64,000 bases of DNA, taken from positions 23,911 through 87,910 of the forward strand of contig JAZLAB010000060.1 of NCBI GenBank assembly GCA_045612985.1, read 5' to 3'. The DNA is from Faecousia sp. (GTDB taxonomy: Bacteria; Bacillota; Clostridia; Oscillospirales; Oscillospiraceae). Below are positions 56,897 through 64,000 of the stretch, one piece after another (the stretch's first letter is position 1; every line of letters starts with the position of its first letter). Below the pieces are notes generated by a model, which saw only the letters and a program-made list of their open reading frames with translations, was not told where the DNA came from and made no database searches. Position numbers and translations under genes: made by a program.

Positions 56897-59418
56897 TTTG
56901 CCTCGTACCAGCTCTTTCCCCACTTGGCCTCTGCCAGCAGAGGAATTTGCAGCTTTGCAACATTCTGCATTTCACGGCTGACCAGGTTGGCAACCTCTTC
57001 CGCAATTTCCTCAGGACATTCCACGATCAACTCGTCGTGCACCTGCAAAAGCAGTTTTGCCTCCGGGAACTGCTCTGCAAGCGCCTTGTCCACCCGAATC
57101 ATAGCAAGCTTTATGATATCTGCTGCAGTTCCCTGAATGGGTGTATTCAAAGCAACACGCTCTGCGCCCTGCCGAATATTATAGTTGCTGTTTTTCAGTT
57201 CCGGAATATACCGACGGCGTCCGTACATTGTCTGGGTGTAGCCAATCTCCCGGGCATCCTCCACGACCTTCTTCATATAGTCCCGAACGCCGTGATAGGT
57301 GGAAAGATACCCATCAATATAGGCCCTTGCTTCAAAGCGACTGACGCCAATATCGTCCGCAAGAGAGAACTCTGAAATGCCGTAAACAATGCCAAAGTTT
57401 ACTGCTTTTGCATTGCGTCGCTGCAGTGCCGTAACGCTCTGTGCAGGAACATCAAAGACCTGCGATGCTGTTACCGTATGGATGTCCATACCACTGTTGA
57501 AGGCATCCTGCATCGTCTTGTCGTCTGCAATATGGGCAAGCACACGCAGCTCGATCTGGCTATAGTCCGCATCCACAAGCACACAGCCCGGTTTGGGAAT
57601 GAACATCTTGCGAATCTCCGCGCCCAGGTCCGTGCGCACAGGAATGTTCTGCAAATTCGGCTCTGTGGAAGAAAGTCTGCCGGTAGCCGTAACCAAATTC
57701 TGGAATGTGGTACGGATGCGACCATCCGCTCCAATCACTTTCATCAATCCATCTGCGTAGGTGGATTTCAGCTTCGTCAGCATCCGATAATCCATAATCG
57801 CCGGGATGATCGGGTGCTTTGATTTTAGCTTTTCCAATACATCCGCATTGGTGGAATAGCCACTTTTGGTCTTTTTCACCGGTGGCAGCGCCAGCTTTTC
57901 AAACAAGACCTCACCCAGCTGTTTCGGGGAATTAATATTAAACGGGTCGTCAGAAAATTCAAAAATCAGCTTCTCGCAATCGTCGATTCGCTCCTTGAGC
58001 ATTTGTGCAAACTGGGCAAGCTGGGGTTGGTCAACAACGATTCCCTCCCGCTCCATCTTGTACAGTACAAAACACAGCGGCAGCTCAATTTCAAAATACA
58101 GCTGTTCCATCCCCTGCTTTTGCAGGTGCTGCAAAAGCTCCGGTTTCAGATTCCACATTGCCTCTGCGCAGGCAGCGGCATCACCGTCATCAATATTGAT
58201 TCCAAGGAAGTTTGTTGCCAATTTAGAAAGCGGATAATCCGATTGGGACGGGTTCAGATCATACGCTGCCAGAGCAGTATCAAAGGTACATTCACCAAAC
58301 TGCAATCCCAGGGCGTCCAAGGTATGCATCGTGGACTTTGCATCGTGGTAAATCAGTTCGCCCGGCACAAAATTCATCGCCATCTGCGCCTCCATAGGGG
58401 TCAGCACAGTAACGCCTTCCGCCCAGGCAACACCGATTGTGCCATCCGGTGCCACATAAAGCGCACAGGAAGTTTTTTCAGCAGGCAATACGCTGACAAC
58501 AGGCAGCTTTTTTATTTCCTTTTCCGGGATCTTTGCTTGAAATTGGGCATCACGCAGACCATATCTGTCAATGAGCCGAACAAACTCAAGACGCACAAAC
58601 AGCTCATAAAGAGCAGGTCGGTCATAGGGCTTAATAAGCGCGTCTTCCGGCGCAAAATCAATAGGCGCCGTGCAGCGAATAGTGGCAAGATCATAGGAAA
58701 GAAACGCCATATCTCTGCCAGCTTCCAGCTTTTCCCGGAGTTTAGGCCGGATGGATTCATCCTCTAAATTCTCATAGATGCCATCCAGAGAGCCAAACTT
58801 CAGCAGAAGTTCTGTGGCAGTTTTCGGACCAACCCCGGCAACACCGGGAATATTGTCAGAACTGTCGCCCATCAAGGCCTTCAAATCCACCATTTTTTCA
58901 GGTGAAAAACCGTACTCCTCAACGAATCTGCTTTCGTCATAAAGATTGGTACTTGTCTGTCCCGGTTTGGAAATCACTAATTTCACGTGGACATTTTCGT
59001 CAATCAGCTGCAAACTGTCCCGATCGCCGGTAACGATCACGCACTCCCAGCCATTATTGCTGCAGATCTTGCCGACAGTACCGATAATGTCATCGGCTTC
59101 CCAACCCTGACATTCGTAAATGGGGATATTCATTGCTTTCAAGACATCCTTCATTAGGGGCATTTGTTGCGCCAGCTCTTCCGGCATGCCGTGTCGGTTG
59201 GCCTTGTAAAGGTCATATTTTTCGTGGCGGAAGGTAGGGCCGTGCAAATCAAATGCCACACAGACTGCATCTGGTTTTTCTTCTTTTTCTATCCGCTCCA
59301 AAATATTCAAAAAGCCATAAATAGCATGGGTGCAAAGCCCCTCACGGTTTGTAAGGGGCCTCACACCAAAAAACGCACGATTTATAACGCTGTTGCCGTC
59401 TAAAATCAGCAGCTTCAT
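56893..59418 (-). CDS. polA: DNA polymerase I
   Basis: 5'-3' exo DG.S..RAF, EADD, GD.SDNIPGV; pol motifs DYSQIELR, K.VNFG..YG, QVHDEL. Confidence 0.97.
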   Translation of the reverse strand: MKLLILDGNSVINRAFFGVRPLTNREGLCTHAIYGFLNILERIEKEEKPDAVCVAFDLHGPTFRHEKYDLYKANRHGMPEELAQQMPLMKDVLKAMNIPIYECQGWEADDIIGTVGKICSNNGWECVIVTGDRDSLQLIDENVHVKLVISKPGQTSTNLYDESRFVEEYGFSPEKMVDLKALMGDSSDNIPGVAGVGPKTATELLLKFGSLDGIYENLEDESIRPKLREKLEAGRDMAFLSYDLATIRCTAPIDFAPEDALIKPYDRPALYELFVRLEFVRLIDRYGLRDAQFQAKIPEKEIKKLPVVSVLPAEKTSCALYVAPDGTIGVAWAEGVTVLTPMEAQMAMNFVPGELIYHDAKSTMHTLDALGLQFGECTFDTALAAYDLNPSQSDYPLSKLATNFLGINIDDGDAAACAEAMWNLKPELLQHLQKQGMEQLYFEIELPLCFVLYKMEREGIVVDQPQLAQFAQMLKERIDDCEKLIFEFSDDPFNINSPKQLGEVLFEKLALPPVKKTKSGYSTNADVLEKLKSKHPIIPAIMDYRMLTKLKSTYADGLMKVIGADGRIRTTFQNLVTATGRLSSTEPNLQNIPVRTDLGAEIRKMFIPKPGCVLVDADYSQIELRVLAHIADDKTMQDAFNSGMDIHTVTASQVFDVPAQSVTALQRRNAKAVNFGIVYGISEFSLADDIGVSRFEARAYIDGYLSTYHGVRDYMKKVVEDAREIGYTQTMYGRRRYIPELKNSNYNIRQGAERVALNTPIQGTAADIIKLAMIRVDKALAEQFPEAKLLLQVHDELIVECPEEIAEEVANLVSREMQNVAKLQIPLLAEAKWGKSWYEAK

Positions 59419-60830
59419 ACTCTTCTCCATTTTGCACCCTGGGGGGTGTCGATAATCTCAATGCCCATAGCCTTCAGTTCATCGCGAATTCTGTCAGCCT
59501 CCTGGAAGTTCTTCGCCTTCTTTGCTTCTGTACGGGCAGCGACCAATGCGTCGATTTCCGGATCTGCCGAAGCAGCTGCCTCTTCCTCGTTCTTCTGCCG
59601 CATAACAGCAGCAGCCTCCAGCAGATTCAGAGAGAGCACCTGATCAAAGGAATCCAGCGCAGCCAGCTTGGTGGCATCCGTTGTCTTTGCCTTCAAAACA
59701 TCATAAAGCGCGGTAACTGCCAGAGAGGTATTCAGATCGCCATTCAGCGCACCGATAAAGCGCTCCTTCAGCGTCGAAAGGATAGCCGAATCAACATCGC
59801 CCTCATCTTTAAGGTTTGCAATCTTTGCAACCAGCTTTTCATAGGCCAAGGCAGCATTGTCAAGGTTTTCCCAGCTGAACACCAGATTGCGGCGGTAATG
59901 GCTTTGCAGACAGAAGAACCGATAAGCCATAGGGTCATAACCCTTTTCCTGCAGCAAGCTGACTGTTAAGAACTCGCCCTTGGATTTGGACATCTTACCG
60001 GTATCTGTGTTTAGATGGTGTACGTGGAACCAGTAGTTGCACCACTTATGGCCCAAATAACTTTCGGACTGGGCGATCTCATTGGTGTGGTGCGGGAATG
60101 CATTGTCGATACCACCGCAGTGAATGTCCAGATCCTCGCCCAGATATTTCAGAGAAATACCGGAGCACTCAATATGCCATCCAGGATAACCAACGCCCCA
60201 GGGAGAATCCCATTTCAGCGCCTGGTCTTCAAATTTGGACTTGGTAAACCACAAAACGAAATCGTTTTTGTTGCGCTTGTTGGTGTCCTCCTCAACGCCC
60301 TCACGAACACCGATGGCAAGGTCCTCTTCATCGTGATCGTTAAAAACATAGTACTTATCCAGCTTTGAGGTATCAAAATACACATTGCCTCCGGCCACAT
60401 AGGCAAAGCCCTTTTCGATCAGGCCTTGCACCATCTGGATAAATTCGGGAATGCATCCGGTAGCAGGTTGAATAATATCCGGCTTTTTGATGTTGAGCTT
60501 ATCGCAATCTGCAAAGAATGCATCGGTATAATACTGGGCGATCTCCATTACAGATTTGTTTTCCCGCTTTGCGCCCTTAAGCATCTTATCCTCACCGGTG
60601 TCAGCATCAGACGCCAGATGGCCCACGTCGGTAATATTCATTACGCGCTTAACATTGTAATCCATATAGCGCAGAGATTTTTCCAGCACATCCTCCATAA
60701 TGTAGGTGCGCAGATTGCCGATATGGGCGAAATGGTAAACCGTCGGACCACAGGTGTACATCTTCACCACGTCCGGGCTATTTGGCTGAAACAGTTCCTT
60801 TTTATGCGAAAGAGAGTTATAAAGATACAT
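59415..60830 (-). CDS. cysS: Cysteine--tRNA ligase
   Basis: CGPTVY..HIGN, PGWHIECS, FPHH.NE, KMSKS. Confidence 0.97.
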   Translation of the reverse strand: MYLYNSLSHKKELFQPNSPDVVKMYTCGPTVYHFAHIGNLRTYIMEDVLEKSLRYMDYNVKRVMNITDVGHLASDADTGEDKMLKGAKRENKSVMEIAQYYTDAFFADCDKLNIKKPDIIQPATGCIPEFIQMVQGLIEKGFAYVAGGNVYFDTSKLDKYYVFNDHDEEDLAIGVREGVEEDTNKRNKNDFVLWFTKSKFEDQALKWDSPWGVGYPGWHIECSGISLKYLGEDLDIHCGGIDNAFPHHTNEIAQSESYLGHKWCNYWFHVHHLNTDTGKMSKSKGEFLTVSLLQEKGYDPMAYRFFCLQSHYRRNLVFSWENLDNAALAYEKLVAKIANLKDEGDVDSAILSTLKERFIGALNGDLNTSLAVTALYDVLKAKTTDATKLAALDSFDQVLSLNLLEAAAVMRQKNEEEAAASADPEIDALVAARTEAKKAKNFQEADRIRDELKAMGIEIIDTPQGAKWRRV

Positions 60831-60850
60831 AAATTACCTCCAAAAATTAA

Positions 60851-61040
60851 CAAAAATACCTCTTGCGCCTGTTGCACAAGAGGCGGGTTATAAAACTCGC
60901 GGTTCCACTCTTATTTTTCACTCGTTTTATGCTCGCTCCCGGGCGCACTTTCAATGCCATTACCACCCGGATTCTCAGCCAACGATCCGGATTCTCTGGA
61001 GGGTAAATTTAGCAAATTACTCTTCCCGTTCACAGCGATA
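60851..61040 (-). promoter_or_regulatory. Cys T-box riboswitch
   Basis: Stem I with AGAGA/GCTGAGA motifs, specifier UGC (GAAAG-TGC-GCCCG), T-box AAGAGTGGAACCGCG, terminator CCTCTTGTGC..GCGCAAGAGG-TATTTTT. Confidence 0.9.
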
Positions 61041-61053
61041 TTTTTCTGAAAAT

Positions 61054-61082
61054 ATTTTACCATTGGGCCAACTTTTTGTCAA
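61054..61082 (-). promoter_or_regulatory. SigA promoter of the cysS leader
   Basis: TTGACA-17-(TGn)TAAAAT. Confidence 0.8.
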
Positions 61083-61113
61083 GCATCGGCAAAATGTAAT
61101 TGGCGTATTTTCG

Positions 61114-61142
61114 TTGCATTTTCGGCCAAAATATGATATAAT
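61114..61142 (+). promoter_or_regulatory. SigA promoter of the lipoprotein gene
   Basis: TTGCAT-17-(TGn)TATAAT. Confidence 0.75.
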
Positions 61143-61177
61143 CCGATTAATCTCAACAAAAGAAAGGAGGACACCGT

Positions 61178-62359
61178 ATGCGCAAGTTTATAGCCGCTGC
61201 CTTACTGCTTGGTCTGCTAATAACAGCTGCCGGCTGCAAAACGCAAAAGAAACCTGCTGCAACTACCAATTCCTCCACACTGCCCACAACCGTTACCGTT
61301 CCTGTTGATGTGAAACCGATCAATCAGATTCCAATGGTTGCCATTTCTATGCCGGTGGTATCTGAAAACACCACGGCCCAGGACAATACTGTAGTATTTA
61401 CCAACACTTACCAGAATATGCAGCTGATCACAAGTGATCCGGAGGTAGCCGATAAGGTCATTGTTGATTACCTCAATCAAACGGAAAAATTCTCCGCTGC
61501 AGCCGCTACCCAAAAGCAAGCAGAAGACGCCTATAATCAAAAACCATCCACCGTTTCCTGGAACCCCTATCTTTCCAAAATCACGTATGCACCAACGCGC
61601 ATCGATCAAGGTGTTCTCAGTCTGTTCGGGAATCATATCAATTACACCGGCGGTGCCCACGGAAATATGGTTGGACATTCCTTAAATTATGATTTGCTTT
61701 CCGGAAAGCGCCTTTCTCTTTCCGAGATCTTTACCCCTTCCGTAAATCCCGCGTATATCTCTGCGCTTGTTTTAAACGCACTTTCCACGCATGAAGGTTT
61801 ATTTCCTGACTACAAAGAAACTGTAAACTCCCGTTTTAACAGCAATATGCTACAAGACGATGATTGGTATCTGACAAATACCGGTCTGTGTTTCTTCTTT
61901 TCTCCCTATGAAATCGCATCCTTTGCAGCCGGTTCGATTTCTGCAGAAATTCCCTACAACGCTCTGATCGGCACTCTGAAGGATGAATATTTTCCCGCAG
62001 AACGGGAGCAGGCCGGCGGTAGCGTTCAAGTCGCGCCATTTGACGAAAAAATTGCCGAGAACTATTCCCAATTTGCAGAATTGGTGCTAAAAGAAAATGC
62101 AAAGAAAATTCTTCTTTTCAGCAATGACGGTGTTTACGACATTCGTCTGGAAACCGGTTCCTGGTCAGCGGACGGCAAAACATTCACCCCGGAACACACA
62201 GCTTTTGCAAGCTATGCGCTAACTCCCGGCGATGCCCTTATGGTGGATGCTGCCTTTGATGAAAAGCTTCCGGTTCTTCGTTTAAGCTATACAACAGGCG
62301 GCAAAACCGTCCAGTATTTTATACAGGCAAACGGTAGCTACTCACTCTCCCCTGCCTAA
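61178..62359 (+). CDS. Lipoprotein with RsiV/DUF3298-type domain
   Basis: Lipobox AAGC, YTGGAHG, YDL.SG..LSL..IF, F.PYEIA.FA.G...IPY. Confidence 0.85.
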   Translation: MRKFIAAALLLGLLITAAGCKTQKKPAATTNSSTLPTTVTVPVDVKPINQIPMVAISMPVVSENTTAQDNTVVFTNTYQNMQLITSDPEVADKVIVDYLNQTEKFSAAAATQKQAEDAYNQKPSTVSWNPYLSKITYAPTRIDQGVLSLFGNHINYTGGAHGNMVGHSLNYDLLSGKRLSLSEIFTPSVNPAYISALVLNALSTHEGLFPDYKETVNSRFNSNMLQDDDWYLTNTGLCFFFSPYEIASFAAGSISAEIPYNALIGTLKDEYFPAEREQAGGSVQVAPFDEKIAENYSQFAELVLKENAKKILLFSNDGVYDIRLETGSWSADGKTFTPEHTAFASYALTPGDALMVDAAFDEKLPVLRLSYTTGGKTVQYFIQANGSYSLSPA

Positions 62360-62365
62360 GTATTT

Positions 62366-62397
62366 TGCGTCCAACCTTACCCGGTTGGACGCATTTT
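62366..62397. terminator. Terminator between convergent genes
   Basis: TGCGTCCAACC-N6-GGTTGGACGCA-TTTT. Confidence 0.7.
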
Positions 62398-63741
62398 ATA
62401 TGTCTTAATGATTTTGCAAAGCTCCGGTGTAAGCATCGCCAGCGCGATCAGATTCGGAATCGCCATCAGCGCGTTTACACACTCTGCAAGCATCCACACT
62501 GTTTGAGTGTTCATAATTGCCCCTATGACAACCATTCCCCCCTGGGCCAACGCAAAGGTACGCCAGGCATTTTCTCCGAACAAATATTGAGCGCAACGGA
62601 TTCCATATAGCCCCCAGCCTAAAACAGTTGCAATAGCAAAGCAGCATAGCGCCAGCGCAATTGGGACAGAAACCCACTGTCCAACAACAGCGCAAAATGC
62701 GTCAGATGTAAGCGTTATACCGGTATCTGTACCGTAAGGAATTTGTATGCCACTGCAAAGGATCACCAACGCGGTCATTGTGCAGATCACTATGGTGTCC
62801 AGAAAGACTTCCATGATTCCCATCAAGCCTTGGTCTACCGGGTGCTTCACATTGGCGGCTGCGTGAGCAATTGCTGCTGTTCCCATTCCGGCCTCATTGG
62901 TAAAAACACCGCGGGATGCACCAATACGCAGCGCAATAAATGACGATCCCAAAATCCCACCGGTTACGGACCGTGGAGAGAAAGCTCCCACTATGATTGA
63001 AGAAAAGGCTTGTGGAATTTTGTCCGCTCTTATAATCAAAGCTACTGCGCCCAGAAGCAGATATGCCGCAGATGCAAAAGGTACTAATTTCTCGGCGGCG
63101 ACCCCTATTTTCCTTGCGCCACCCAGAAGCATTGCTGTTACCAGCGCGGCAAGACCGACACCCATAATGATATTTCCTGCAGATGTCGCAACTCCCCCAA
63201 CTGCAGTTAACGCACTGTTAATGCCACCGATTACTGTATTGATCTGCGTTGCATTTCCCACACCGAAGGATGCAACCACCCCAAAGAAGCAGTACACCGC
63301 CGCAAGCCAATGGGTTCTCCTTCCCAGACCGTTTTTGATCATATACATTGGCCCACCGACAAATTCACCGTTACCGGTTTTCTCTCTGTAGCGAATTGCA
63401 AGAACAGCCTCCGCAAGCTTTGTTCCCATCCCTAAAAATCCACAGACCCACATCCAGAAAATAGCGCCGGGGCCGCCAATGGCAATGGCGCCGGCAACAC
63501 CGGCAAGATTGCCTGTTCCCACAGTGGCCGCCAGAGCCGTGCACAGCGCTTGATACGAAGAGATGCCATTACTGTTGCTTTTCCCGCGTAACGCGTCTGA
63601 GAAAGCCTTGAGCGCCTTTGGAAAAAGACGAAACTGTGCAAACCCTGTGCGAATGCTTATATATAGCCCAACCCCTAATATCAGCACCAGTGTTGGCACG
63701 CCCCATACCATCCCATTGATTTTTTCCAAAAACCCCGCCAT
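62377..63741 (-). CDS. Alanine/glycine:cation symporter (AGCS)
   Basis: LAATVGTGN.AGVA.AI..GGPGA.FWMW, GGPMY, FTNEAGMG, DTIVICT.T. Confidence 0.93.
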   Translation of the reverse strand: MAGFLEKINGMVWGVPTLVLILGVGLYISIRTGFAQFRLFPKALKAFSDALRGKSNSNGISSYQALCTALAATVGTGNLAGVAGAIAIGGPGAIFWMWVCGFLGMGTKLAEAVLAIRYREKTGNGEFVGGPMYMIKNGLGRRTHWLAAVYCFFGVVASFGVGNATQINTVIGGINSALTAVGGVATSAGNIIMGVGLAALVTAMLLGGARKIGVAAEKLVPFASAAYLLLGAVALIIRADKIPQAFSSIIVGAFSPRSVTGGILGSSFIALRIGASRGVFTNEAGMGTAAIAHAAANVKHPVDQGLMGIMEVFLDTIVICTMTALVILCSGIQIPYGTDTGITLTSDAFCAVVGQWVSVPIALALCCFAIATVLGWGLYGIRCAQYLFGENAWRTFALAQGGMVVIGAIMNTQTVWMLAECVNALMAIPNLIALAMLTPELCKIIKTYKMRPTG

Positions 63742-63754
63742 AAGCTCCCTCCAT

Positions 63755-63788
63755 AAAAAAGCGACTCCTCAAATTGAGGAGTCGCTTT
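63755..63788 (-). terminator. Terminator after the ArsC-family gene
   Basis: AAAGCGACTCCTCA-AT-TGAGGAGTCGCTTTTTT on minus strand. Confidence 0.8.
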
Positions 63789-63792
63789 CGTG

Positions 63793-64000
63793 TTATTCCC
63801 ATTTGGCCCAAATCTCCGGGCAATATCCAACAGTAACTTGTTTTCCGTTTCGAACAACAGGTGTTTTCACAAGAGAAGGATCGTCATATACCTTATCCTC
63901 TTTCAAGGCCTTGTCGTCCATATACTTCATATTGGTGATTTCCTGGCTGCTGCAGTTCCAATCGATGAGATTATCGATTCCGCCCACACCACGAAGCACT
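63793..64000 (-). CDS. ArsC/Spx family protein, 3' part (5' end outside window)
   Basis: P.LVKTPVVRNG..VTVGY..E.W C-terminus. Confidence 0.7.
   Translation of the reverse strand, partial: VLRGVGGIDNLIDWNCSSQEITNMKYMDDKALKEDKVYDDPSLVKTPVVRNGKQVTVGYCPEIWAKWE

Noticed and set aside
1-64000. CRISPR array, IS transposase, rRNA, defence island
   Set aside because: No regularly spaced repeats, and no cas, transposase, rRNA or recognisable defence genes were seen.

Overview
A 64-kb core-chromosome segment (about 47% GC) from a spore-forming Clostridia bacterium. Gene content and order suggest Oscillospiraceae (inference). Most genes are on the minus strand. Housekeeping blocks include tig-clpP-clpX-lon-engB, rplS/lepB-rbgA-rnhB-yraN, a B12 radical SAM pair, murT-gatD, type III glnA, pncB, acpP-SRP RNA-dnaX-ybaB-recR, scpAB-ytfIJ-dacB-rluB, metA, spoIID, and a Cys T-box-led cysS-polA-rimI-tsaD operon. 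No transposase, integrase, phage module or CRISPR array is visible. Four features stand out. (1) Both tRNA-Pro genes are followed by the same small structured non-coding cassette: terminator hairpin, antisense copy of the host tRNA T-arm, conserved hairpins, then a direct copy of the tRNA 3' end. Its tRNA-matching segments follow the sequence of each host tRNA. (2) In the MurT-GatD pair all three residues of the inter-subunit glutaminase triad are substituted. (3) Three single-pass membrane proteins (LRR protein, Zn-ribbon/Ig protein, non-RD Ser/Thr kinase with FN3-like ectodomain) look like a surface signalling module. (4) A threonine-synthase homolog lacks its PLP lysine and a whole domain. 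All protein calls come from motif recognition by eye; no database searches were run.
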